A DNA stretch of 64,000 nt from a virus (IMGVR_UViG_3300037851_000950:36702-100701); one strand, 5' to 3'. Shown: positions 37,549 through 46,459, counted from the stretch's first letter. Made by a program: numbers and translations. The notes: generated by a model not told the origin, from the sequence alone.

Positions 37549-40374
37549 ATGGGTCTTGTAAATACTTTGAAAAAGCACATCGATCTCCCGGTATGGGAGT
37601 GGACTCGGTTTGCTCCGGCTGTATCTTCTGCGATAAGCTGCAGTTGTGTTTCCGACAACGGAAACTTTGACAAGAATCACAACGGAAGATATCTGTACTA
37701 TATGATCTCAGGCACTTCCTTTTGGAGGTATGATACCTGGACAGATACTTACCTGCAACTTGCATCTCCGCCAATCGCCACGGCGACGTGGGCTCGAATG
37801 AAGTTCGTGGGTTCGATGGGCTTGGAGGGCATTGCGATTGCTGGCTCATCTTCTACTCTGACAATACCTGGTTACTTTGGCAAATCTCTCAAAGGATACG
37901 ACATTAAGATTGTCGGAGGAACCGGAGACGGTCAACGCAGAACAATTACCGATGTCGCCGAGCCAGTTGTTGTCGACAGCGGTGTACCAACTGCGGTTAA
38001 CAACGTACTCGGCGCAATTACAATTACTGATACTCTCAAGGCTTGGACATTCAATCAATGGGTCGGATACCAGGTTCGCATTGTTGCTGGTCCTGGTGTA
38101 GGTCAGGTACGCAAAATTATAGGTAATACGGCAACAGTATTAACACTCGGTGATTCGACAACTTCTGCTCACGAGTTGTACCATTACAACCCTGCTATTT
38201 TTTCACCTGCAATTTCTGCTACTGCCGGTACTCAGTCAATTTATCAGATTGAGAGTTCTGTAATTACTGTTGATTCTTCTTGGGCTACCACACCTGATGC
38301 AACTTCTCGTTTCAGAATTACATCTGGTGCAATTCTTCTTGCATCCAGCGCGGCAGCTACTCCTTTTTACACTCTTCAACAGTACGATATTGCTACGGAT
38401 ACCTGGTACATTCGTTCGGCATGTACACAAATCATCACGGCTGTCGGAACAGATGGTAGTATTGAGCTCTTTACGGAGAACGCAAGTATCTGGGAAAAGG
38501 GTCTTGCTTCTGGCGGGACAACTACAACTCTTGTCGACTCCAGTAAAAACTGGACAACGAATCAGTGGGTAGGATATTGGCTGCGAATCTGTTCGGGAAC
38601 CGGCGAAAACCAACTCAAGCAAATTGTATCGAACACAGCAACTACTCTGACGTTCTCTACGGGCACAGCTCCGGATACAACCAGTCGTTATCACATTGAA
38701 GGATTCGACGCAGGAATAGCGACATCCGGTTCAGCGTCAAGCATTACCGATTCTACAAAAGCCTGGGCCGTTAATCGCTGGAAGAACTACATGGTCAAAG
38801 TGATTGCGGGAACCGGCAAAGGTCAAGAGATTCCGATTTTGTCGAACACCTCTACTGTTCTTACACTTGTAAAGCCAAGTACATTCACTTTCGACAATAC
38901 AACTGTCTATATCATTCAGGGAGACACTGATAAGAATTTGCTGTTATTGGGAGGACAATCAACACCGGCAATTCTGCATTTGGAGGATGATATGGCAGCT
39001 CTTGGTCGGTGGCAAGACAGTGGCGCCGCACGCCAGGGATACGTTCAGTACTCCTCTCACAAGCCAATTGCGCTCGCGTCCCTTACAGGAAACGGCACTA
39101 CGGCTACCGCAACTACTGCAATGCCGCATAATCTCAAGACAGGTTATGTAGTCAACGTCGGAGGAGCTATAACCAACACTGGTCTTAACGTAACTGGAGT
39201 AACGATTACGGTAACTGGTGCAACCACGTTCACTTATTCAAACGCTACAAACGGTACAGCAACATTTACCGGTCATTCTACGACAACTCTCACCGACTCA
39301 TCCAAGAACTGGACAACTAACCAATGGACAGGCTACATGTGTGTAGTTACTACGGCTGCAGTTACCGCAGCATCTGGTCTTGCAGCAACTCAGACACTGC
39401 AAATTGCATCCAATACAGCAACTACTCTCACTTTTGTCGCAGGCACTGCACCAACCAACGGTGTATCCAGGTATATGATTGTGCCCCGAAATGCCATAGG
39501 TATGATGGCCAATGGCATAGCGACTGGCACACAATCAACAACTACGCTCCAAGATACCAACATCAGCTCATTTAGCACAGGTGCTTCTGGAGGAAGCGTA
39601 AGTGGTAACGTACTTACGGTTACTGCAGTAAGCGCCGGATACTTGTCGATAGGCTCTGTTGTTGCGGGCTCCGGAATTACTTCAGGTTCAACAATCATTG
39701 CGTTCGGACCAAACACGGTTGGCGGAATAGGGACTTACGTTCTGGATCGCAGTTCTTCGTCAACTGGAGCAATAACCGTCACCTCTGCTGGATGGGCTGT
39801 AAACATTTTCGGAGGTCGTCGTTTGAAGATGATTGGAAGTACAGGTCAAGGAATTGAAATTGCGATTACTTCCAATACAGCTAACACGCTTACGTTCGCT
39901 GTAACGACAGCACCAGTTACCGCGGTAACGTCGTATGTGATTGTTCAGCCAGGACTCAAAGGAGTAGGTATTGAAATGAACTGGGTATTCGGAATTACGG
40001 ACTCTAATCTTCGCGGTAAGTACATCATAGTTCCTCGCGGAGGCGCCGTTGCAGGTTTTGATCGTCTGGATATCACAACCGATAGCTGGGAACTTATGTC
40101 AACGACGCCTCAGTCTGAAACATTAACTACCGGAAGCATGTACGCGTATGATCTGGAAAACAGAATTTACTTTACCAAAGATGCTACTCAGCGAGTCTAC
40201 TATCTGGACGTCTTGCTCAATGAGATCCACGGGGCCGGCATCTACCCCTACGCTGCTGGTACAGCAATTATTGGAAATCGAATGGAAGTATTCAAAACCG
40301 AAGATGGATTTAAGTATCTCTGGCTGAACAGACACTCAGCCCAAGAGTGTTTCCGCCAGTTGCTTTTCTATTAA
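37549..40374 (+). CDS. Putative receptor-binding protein: kelch-like propeller blades interrupted by repeated beta domains, 941 aa
   Basis: Blade-like motifs FWRYDTWTDTY, QQYDIATDTW, FDRLDITTDSW, VYYLDVLLNE. About six copies of (L/I)xDSxKxWxxNxWxGYxxxIxxGTGxGQxxxIxSNTxTxLT. Confidence 0.6.
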   Translation: MGLVNTLKKHIDLPVWEWTRFAPAVSSAISCSCVSDNGNFDKNHNGRYLYYMISGTSFWRYDTWTDTYLQLASPPIATATWARMKFVGSMGLEGIAIAGSSSTLTIPGYFGKSLKGYDIKIVGGTGDGQRRTITDVAEPVVVDSGVPTAVNNVLGAITITDTLKAWTFNQWVGYQVRIVAGPGVGQVRKIIGNTATVLTLGDSTTSAHELYHYNPAIFSPAISATAGTQSIYQIESSVITVDSSWATTPDATSRFRITSGAILLASSAAATPFYTLQQYDIATDTWYIRSACTQIITAVGTDGSIELFTENASIWEKGLASGGTTTTLVDSSKNWTTNQWVGYWLRICSGTGENQLKQIVSNTATTLTFSTGTAPDTTSRYHIEGFDAGIATSGSASSITDSTKAWAVNRWKNYMVKVIAGTGKGQEIPILSNTSTVLTLVKPSTFTFDNTTVYIIQGDTDKNLLLLGGQSTPAILHLEDDMAALGRWQDSGAARQGYVQYSSHKPIALASLTGNGTTATATTAMPHNLKTGYVVNVGGAITNTGLNVTGVTITVTGATTFTYSNATNGTATFTGHSTTTLTDSSKNWTTNQWTGYMCVVTTAAVTAASGLAATQTLQIASNTATTLTFVAGTAPTNGVSRYMIVPRNAIGMMANGIATGTQSTTTLQDTNISSFSTGASGGSVSGNVLTVTAVSAGYLSIGSVVAGSGITSGSTIIAFGPNTVGGIGTYVLDRSSSSTGAITVTSAGWAVNIFGGRRLKMIGSTGQGIEIAITSNTANTLTFAVTTAPVTAVTSYVIVQPGLKGVGIEMNWVFGITDSNLRGKYIIVPRGGAVAGFDRLDITTDSWELMSTTPQSETLTTGSMYAYDLENRIYFTKDATQRVYYLDVLLNEIHGAGIYPYAAGTAIIGNRMEVFKTEDGFKYLWLNRHSAQECFRQLLFY

Positions 40375-40375
40375 T

Positions 40376-42628
40376 ATGGCATACGAAGATAGCTCAGAAC
40401 AAGCGAAGGAATCTTCGCTTATATTACTAAGACGATTAGTCAAACTGGCTGAGTCGCTGGGCACAGCAGATGTTGCCCAGCGGCAACGTCTTGTTCTGGA
40501 CGCTATCACAGCAGCACTTACGTTATCGACAGTAACAACAGTTGGTAGTGTTACTAACGTAGCAGGCCAGACAGCTCTTGCGGGGATGGACAGAGAAATG
40601 TACATCAACCAAGCTCGTCAGGCATATTCTGGAATCAGAAATCGAATTATTGATGCTCCCGCCAGCGTTGAAGAAACTCTTGCAGAAACTCAACCAGAAT
40701 TGGCGCAAGAGTCGACTTTGATTTTACTTCGACGTATTGTTAAGCTGGCTGAATCCCTTGGAGCCACCGATGTTGCACAACGTCAGCGGTTGACCTTGGA
40801 CGCCATCGCAGCAGCCTTAACTCTGTCAACCGTTACGACTGTCAGTAGTGTAACAAACGTTGCCGGTCAAACCGCTCTCGCCGGCATGGACCGCGAGATG
40901 TACATTAACCAGGCACGAAATGCGTACTCGGGAATCCGTAGTCGTTTGACCTATCCTCTCGGCGTCTTTACTTCCACTGAGGACGGACTCGTTCCCGCCT
41001 CTGGGGGCGGCACTACGAACTTCTTGCGTGCTGATGGTACTTGGTCTGTCCCCGCCGGTGGTGTTTCGGATGGTGACAAAGGAGACATTAGTGTATCCGC
41101 ATCTGGAGCTACTTGGACAGTCAATGCAAACATTACTAAGACTTGGACAGGAGCTCATACGTTTACAACATCTCAAGTGGTATCACATCTTGAAGATGCT
41201 GGAACAACAACTGTTTTGTATCCGATTAGAGTTCGTCGCACCAGTACTGGTACTCCTGGAGTTGCTTCATCTCCTACTCTTGGAACAAATGGATTGGGGG
41301 TTGGAATTGAATTTGAAATTGAAACTGCTGCTGGAAATAATGAAATAGGAGGATCTATTGAAGTAAAACTCACTGCGTCTGGAAGTACTGTTGAAAATGC
41401 GTTGATGATATTTCGACCTCTTTTTGGAGGATCTTTATCAACCAATCCGAGTTTGACCATTGGAGGCACGACCAATCAATTAACGATTTATACGTCGGTA
41501 TTCCACATGAGTTCGACAACAATGAATATGACATCGGCTCCTGCAGCTGCAGCTATAACAGATGGGTTTCTAATGCGAGTATCTTCAGGCGGTGAAGTTA
41601 AACAACTTACTCTTACAGGAACTCCGAGCTCTACAACTTTTTTAAGAGGTGATGGTACATGGAATACTCCAGTTGGTACTTTTTCGGGTTCAACCACTTC
41701 TGGAAGAATAACTTTTTCAACGGGAACAAATACTTTAAGTGACGACTCTGACTTCACCTTTAATACGAGTGGTAATGTAGTTACTTTAACGAGTGGTAAA
41801 TACAGCAGTGGTGCTACTGACTATGTTGTAGAAGCCAACTCTCTTCAGAGATTAAGGATTGATACCAACGGATATGTTGGTGTTGGGGATACTAACGGTC
41901 GAACTTTTTCAAATCCATTTACTATTTATCATACCCACAACTCATATTCAAGTATTGTGAACGGAGGTGTTTTATTTGCCAATGGAACATCTGCAGGTTC
42001 AATAGCTGCTGGTTTCGGTAGTCAGTACAAAATTGGCATATCAGATACATCAGGTGTGATAAATCATAGTGGAAGATTTTCATATAGTTGGACAACTGTC
42101 AATTCAGTATCGAAGACTCGAATTTCAGCCGATGTCTCAGGTACAGAGAGATCTTATATTGATATTACCACAGACGGATTTGTAACTATCTCGGCAGACG
42201 AATCAAGCAGTACAGCTTCTTCTGAGATTCGATTCAGAATAGATAGTACTCAACGATTTACTTTTGATACAAATGGTTATGGTACTGCAGTGGACTGGAT
42301 TGCTACTTCAGACCGTAGACTCAAGCATAGTATCACTCCGTACAGCGAAGTTCTTCCATCCATCCGGGGACTTCGCGGGAAGCTTTCAACCTACATCCGT
42401 AACTCTGATAAGCACGGTACCCGAGAGGTTGGTTACATTGCCCAGGATGTTGAGTCGTTATTTCCCTTGTTGATCAGCTATGACGCTGACGGCATGCGCG
42501 CACTGTCTTATATGAAGATGGGTGCGATTGCCCTGGAGGGCATCTCTGAGCTGGACGACGAGGTTGAAAAACTCAAGAAAAGAGTAGTAGATTTGGAGGA
42601 AGAAGTCAAACAACTGAAAGCGACATGA
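40376..42628 (+). CDS. Tail fibre with tandem N-terminal adaptor modules and C-terminal peptidase S74 intramolecular chaperone, 750 aa
   Basis: C-terminal TSDRRLKHSI...GYIAQDVESLFP...LSY....AIALEGISEL plus coiled coil is the S74 autocleaving chaperone signature. Two ~90-aa N-terminal repeats. Confidence 0.85.
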   Translation: MAYEDSSEQAKESSLILLRRLVKLAESLGTADVAQRQRLVLDAITAALTLSTVTTVGSVTNVAGQTALAGMDREMYINQARQAYSGIRNRIIDAPASVEETLAETQPELAQESTLILLRRIVKLAESLGATDVAQRQRLTLDAIAAALTLSTVTTVSSVTNVAGQTALAGMDREMYINQARNAYSGIRSRLTYPLGVFTSTEDGLVPASGGGTTNFLRADGTWSVPAGGVSDGDKGDISVSASGATWTVNANITKTWTGAHTFTTSQVVSHLEDAGTTTVLYPIRVRRTSTGTPGVASSPTLGTNGLGVGIEFEIETAAGNNEIGGSIEVKLTASGSTVENALMIFRPLFGGSLSTNPSLTIGGTTNQLTIYTSVFHMSSTTMNMTSAPAAAAITDGFLMRVSSGGEVKQLTLTGTPSSTTFLRGDGTWNTPVGTFSGSTTSGRITFSTGTNTLSDDSDFTFNTSGNVVTLTSGKYSSGATDYVVEANSLQRLRIDTNGYVGVGDTNGRTFSNPFTIYHTHNSYSSIVNGGVLFANGTSAGSIAAGFGSQYKIGISDTSGVINHSGRFSYSWTTVNSVSKTRISADVSGTERSYIDITTDGFVTISADESSSTASSEIRFRIDSTQRFTFDTNGYGTAVDWIATSDRRLKHSITPYSEVLPSIRGLRGKLSTYIRNSDKHGTREVGYIAQDVESLFPLLISYDADGMRALSYMKMGAIALEGISELDDEVEKLKKRVVDLEEEVKQLKAT

Positions 42629-42969
42629 CACTCGCGGCATCAGGAAGTCTTAGTCTGAAAAGCGCGGCAGGGACTGGACGGAATATCCAAGCCGAGTTGG
42701 GAGATACGGGCAACATGACACTTGTTGAAGCCAACGGACTTGCTGATTCGTGGAGCTCTTGTAAAGGAACTGCTTGGAATGTACCTACTTCCTCACCATA
42801 CAAGATTACTGACTGGTATAACTACAACCATAGTTATGCTGCTTGTGATCCAGAAGGAACTTTTATCAGTTTAAGTTGTGATGAATGTGGTACAGGCGAT
42901 TGTGAAATAAGGGCTGACGGTTGTTGCGGATCATATTGTTGTTGCTGCCCTGGAGGATCCTGCACATGA
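42625..42969 (+). CDS. Fibre-tip adhesin-like protein with Cys-rich C-terminus, 114 aa
   Basis: ATGA-coupled to the S74 fibre. N-terminus MTL.ASG.LSL...I.AELG...ITDWY is typical of small tip proteins following S74 fibres. 12 Cys, 11 of them in the last 41 aa. Confidence 0.55.
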   Translation: MTLAASGSLSLKSAAGTGRNIQAELGDTGNMTLVEANGLADSWSSCKGTAWNVPTSSPYKITDWYNYNHSYAACDPEGTFISLSCDECGTGDCEIRADGCCGSYCCCCPGGSCT

Positions 42970-43334
42970 AAGAAATCAAAATCACAGTACCCATCCCCGA
43001 AGAGCGATATGAGGAAATCATGTCGGCAATGTCATTGGCTATTGGCTATGGGGAATCCAAAGAGTCTATTGGCAGGACTCGCGAGCAGCTTATTCAAGCA
43101 CATCTTGAATCCCTGGTGGCTCAGTGGTGTGTCGGCATGCTTCATGTCGGTAAGGAGATCCAGAATACAGGTGTTCGACCAATAGTCGACCGCGGGTTCG
43201 GTGACACGCTGGCGCGATGGTTTAAGAAAATCGGCGTCATCAAGAAGGACGATTGCGGATGTGACAAGAGACAAGCTTTTTTAAACAGAATATTTCCTTA
43301 TGGCAACGCTAACACTCACAATCACCGTTCCTGA
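42966..43334 (+). CDS. Hypothetical protein with GFGDT...DCGCDKRQ..LN..FPY motif, ~122 aa
   Basis: Likely start ATG 42966 (ATGA overlap). The C-terminal motif resembles a recurring small phage protein family. The N-terminus resembles those of the 79-aa and 85-aa genes downstream. Confidence 0.55.
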   Translation: MKEIKITVPIPEERYEEIMSAMSLAIGYGESKESIGRTREQLIQAHLESLVAQWCVGMLHVGKEIQNTGVRPIVDRGFGDTLARWFKKIGVIKKDDCGCDKRQAFLNRIFPYGNANTHNHRS

Positions 43335-43539
43335 TGACAAAGCCGCAGACCTGCGCGATGCTATCTGTGAACAGTACAAATACCAGGATATGGTTGGAGG
43401 AGAACCCAATCCTCAAACCCGGACTCAGTTTGCCCAGGAAAAGTGGGAAACGTGGAACAAGATCATGCTCAAGAACGTATATCAGAACTACAAACTTGCG
43501 GTTCATAAGACGGATCCTGAAAACAACATAACCCTATAA
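43300..43539 (+). CDS. Hypothetical protein, 79 aa (paralogue of 43685..43942)
   Basis: MATLTLTITVPDDK..DLRD...Y....PNPQTRTQF...LKNVY..YK aligns with the 85-aa gene. Confidence 0.6.
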   Translation: MATLTLTITVPDDKAADLRDAICEQYKYQDMVGGEPNPQTRTQFAQEKWETWNKIMLKNVYQNYKLAVHKTDPENNITL

Positions 43540-43541
43540 CT

Positions 43542-43685
43542 ATGCAAACAGCAATCATTGTAACGGTGGCTCTGGCAGCATTTGTCGGACTGTCTTTTTG
43601 GTGGATCAACCGCAACTCAGGTGGAACCCCCAGTTCCGGAGGAGGTACTTCCGGAGATCCTTCGCAATCCACTCCCATTGAGTAA
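43542..43685 (+). CDS. Single-pass membrane microprotein, 47 aa (not in the ORF track)
   Basis: MQTAIIVTVALAAFVGLSFWWINRNSGGTPSSGGGTSGDPSQSTPIE* fills the gap exactly, starting 2 nt after the upstream stop with TAATG coupling downstream. Confidence 0.6.
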   Translation: MQTAIIVTVALAAFVGLSFWWINRNSGGTPSSGGGTSGDPSQSTPIE

Positions 43686-43942
43686 TGGCAACCATTGATA
43701 TCACCATCACCTATCCCGACGGCAAGGTCGTGGATCTCAGGGACACCCTGGCGGCAGCCAAAGGGTATCAGGCATTTCTGGACGAGGAACAGACTATTCC
43801 CAATCCAGAAACTAAGTCCCAGTTCGTCCTGCGGACCATCAAAGAGCACACTCAGGAGTGGATTAGAAACACTTATAAAGCTCAGAAAGCCCGGGAAGCC
43901 GAGGCATCAGCCCCTTCAGGGGACTCTTTGGGTCTGACGTAG
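43685..43942 (+). CDS. Hypothetical protein, 85 aa (paralogue of 43300..43539)
   Basis: MATIDITITYPDGK..DLRD...Y....PNPETKSQF...IRNTYK. Confidence 0.6.
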   Translation: MATIDITITYPDGKVVDLRDTLAAAKGYQAFLDEEQTIPNPETKSQFVLRTIKEHTQEWIRNTYKAQKAREAEASAPSGDSLGLT

Positions 43943-44033
43943 GAAATAATCCCGAAATTGCTGTAATTTGACGTACCGATTTTAGGTTCGGCATGGTGCC
44001 GGACGGAATCAGGAAATAAAACAACAAATTACC

Positions 44034-44459
44034 ATGGTAGAATCGCAAAAAATCAAGATGGAAAAGATCATCAACATCTTTGAAGGTGTCAAAGCTGTTG
44101 AGGATAACACAAAGCTGGAAGCCAATATCGCTTACCGGCTCGGTCGCTTTTCCGACTACTGTCGCTCGGCCATTCGGACTTTTGAAAAGATCCAGGCCAA
44201 AGAAAACAGCAAGCGACAGGATGAGCTGAACGTCATTCATAAAAAGTACAATTCCAAAGATGAGCAAGAGCGCATCACTCTGAACATCGAGGCTAAAAAA
44301 ATTCATGATGCTTTCCAGGATAAGATCGAATCTTTAATGGAACAGGAAGAAGAGATTAAGGTTCCCAAGTTCAAGCTCGATGACTTTAAGGACAAAGGTG
44401 TTCCGGTCAAGTTCTTCGCCATGCTTGGTGAGTACATCGAAGCTCCTGACGAAAAGTAA
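44034..44459 (+). CDS. DUF1617-like helical protein (tail-associated), 141 aa
   Basis: Pattern IAYRL.R......FEK...KY....F......LMEQEEEI.VPK.KL..F........F..L..YI resembles DUF1617-type phage proteins. A-rich start context. Confidence 0.45.
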   Translation: MVESQKIKMEKIINIFEGVKAVEDNTKLEANIAYRLGRFSDYCRSAIRTFEKIQAKENSKRQDELNVIHKKYNSKDEQERITLNIEAKKIHDAFQDKIESLMEQEEEIKVPKFKLDDFKDKGVPVKFFAMLGEYIEAPDEK

Positions 44460-44482
44460 TCAAATCTTATAACCCAATAACA

Positions 44483-45076
44483 ATGGAAAAAGCAAATGCA
44501 CTTGCGAGCGCCGGCGGGTCACTGACTCGTGGTGCAGGATTGAACGAAGAAGCTCATGCCGACGGCTTTTATGTTGTCGAATGTATCGGCGCGGACGGAA
44601 AATTCAAGTGGCGAGATACGATTAAAAACGTAGTCACCACAGAAGGCAAGAATGCCGCGCTGACGCATTTATTCAAGGGCTCGGCCTATACGGCTTCGAA
44701 TGTCATGGGCCTTATTGGCAACACGTCGTATACTGCTCCTGATGCCGCTGACACTGCAGCACAAATCAACACTACGGGATCAGCAAACAACTGGAACGAA
44801 GCAACTTCGGGTGTCTCTGCAGCTCGCGGAACCCCTTCTTTTGGCACAGCTTCAGGCGGTTCTTTGGCTTTGTCTTCGAACCTGTCGTTTAGCATTATCG
44901 GCACCGACACCATCAACGGCGTCTTCGTGCTGATTCGTAGTTCAGGTGGGACTGCACCTACGACTACCGTGGGTAATACAAACGGGGCTTTGTATTCCGC
45001 AGGGCCATTCACCGGTGGCGCACGTGCTGTCATTAACGGTGATACGTTGAATGTCTCCTACACCGCTTCGTTGTAA
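44483..45076 (+). CDS. Beta-rich fibre/filament subunit, 197 aa
   Basis: VEC.G.DG..KW.D...NVVT..G...L...F.G..Y and R.TPSFGTASGG...F.I....TI.G.F....G.LYSA..F..G.R.V..GDTLNV.Y form a widespread phage virion-appendage protein pattern. Confidence 0.55.
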   Translation: MEKANALASAGGSLTRGAGLNEEAHADGFYVVECIGADGKFKWRDTIKNVVTTEGKNAALTHLFKGSAYTASNVMGLIGNTSYTAPDAADTAAQINTTGSANNWNEATSGVSAARGTPSFGTASGGSLALSSNLSFSIIGTDTINGVFVLIRSSGGTAPTTTVGNTNGALYSAGPFTGGARAVINGDTLNVSYTASL

Positions 45077-45079
45077 TTT

Positions 45080-46261
45080 ATGCCGTCCAGGGCTGACATA
45101 CTGGTAGCACAAACCACAGGACTTTTGCAATTCAATGGAGGGGGGACTTTGTACATGGTGCAAACCCCCTCCGGTGTTTTGTACATGGTTTATATTGATT
45201 CCGGTTCTGATGTTGCATTTAGAAAAAGCAGTGATGGTGGAATAACTTGGGGGGCTCCCACAATTGTTTTCGCCGGAACTGTTACTGCACTTTCAATTTG
45301 GTATGACCGTTGGAGTGATATTGCCGCAGGACTTATTCATTGCGCTTATCAGGAATCTGCAACAGATGATATTCTTTACCGCACAATTAATACTGAGTCA
45401 TCTGATGCGTTAAGTACTCAGACTGTGGTCTTTGCTGGAGCAAGTACTGCAAGTGGAGGATGGTGTTCAATTACCCGTGCTCGCGGAGGAAATGTTTATT
45501 GCTACGGTTGTATTGATGCAGGCGCGGAAGGTGGATTTTTCAGACTTCTCAATGCAAACGTTCCGAGTGGAGCTTGGGATGCTGCAAGAACAAACCCGGA
45601 AGCCCTTGCTACCTCGGATATGGCTATTCTCGTTCCGGGGTTTGCTTCCGATAATCAAGACATTATGTGTATGTTTTGGGACGCTTCGGCCAACGAAGTC
45701 AGCCGCTATATACATGATGATTCCGCAAACACCTGGGCAGAGACAAGCATTGCCGCATCTATGACAGATCAAGCTGCTGCTACGGCTTTTCCTCATTTTG
45801 CGGCTACCGTAGATATTACCAATAGCCAAATACTGTTAGTAGCTTGGAGTGGTGTTGATACTCTTAATGCTGACCTTAGATGTTGGAAAATTACAGAATC
45901 CGCTATCACTGAGGTTACCAATGTAGTTTTGAATTCAACAGATGACCAAGGGTTGTGCGGAATAGGTATTGATCTTGTAACCGGGAATTGGTATGTGGTG
46001 TATGGCGGTGCGACCGATGGTGGGGAAAACTTTTTGACTTCCATCAACTTATACTGTAAAGTAAGTAAAGACTCAGGGACGACTTGGGGGCCGGAAACAT
46101 TGCTTACTACTGCCCAAGCAGACATCACTTGGTTAGTTACAATTCCCCGCAGTTATATTGGCCCCATCGTTGCAGCTTATCATAAAGACATTGCTCTTGA
46201 TGAGCTCTATGTAAATGTAGACCGTACAGTTTCCTCCACTAACTCACAACTTGGAATATGA
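45080..46261 (+). CDS. Asp-box (BNR/sialidase-like) beta-propeller protein, putative receptor-binding protein, 393 aa
   Basis: Two Asp-boxes, KSSDGGITW and VSKDSGTTW; all-beta with W/D-rich blade ends. No catalytic Arg triad verified. Confidence 0.6.
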   Translation: MPSRADILVAQTTGLLQFNGGGTLYMVQTPSGVLYMVYIDSGSDVAFRKSSDGGITWGAPTIVFAGTVTALSIWYDRWSDIAAGLIHCAYQESATDDILYRTINTESSDALSTQTVVFAGASTASGGWCSITRARGGNVYCYGCIDAGAEGGFFRLLNANVPSGAWDAARTNPEALATSDMAILVPGFASDNQDIMCMFWDASANEVSRYIHDDSANTWAETSIAASMTDQAAATAFPHFAATVDITNSQILLVAWSGVDTLNADLRCWKITESAITEVTNVVLNSTDDQGLCGIGIDLVTGNWYVVYGGATDGGENFLTSINLYCKVSKDSGTTWGPETLLTTAQADITWLVTIPRSYIGPIVAAYHKDIALDELYVNVDRTVSSTNSQLGI

Positions 46262-46458
46262 AACTTGAAATGATTGTACTGAAAGAGTCAGACAACGCTA
46301 ATAAGGGGCAGACTGTTGTTCTCGTGCCTTTGTCGAATTCTTCAGAAAACGAAGTCAATCGTTTGATTGGCGCCAAAATCCGATTGGATTTTGATGAGAA
46401 TGCGCCCAAATTATTCGAAGAAGGAGAGCGATTTGACATTGAAATAACCGCAGTATAA
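46258..46458 (+). CDS. Hypothetical protein, 66 aa
   Basis: ATGA-coupled ORF filling the gap between neighbouring genes. Confidence 0.5.
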   Translation: MKLEMIVLKESDNANKGQTVVLVPLSNSSENEVNRLIGAKIRLDFDENAPKLFEEGERFDIEITAV

Positions 46459-46459
46459 C

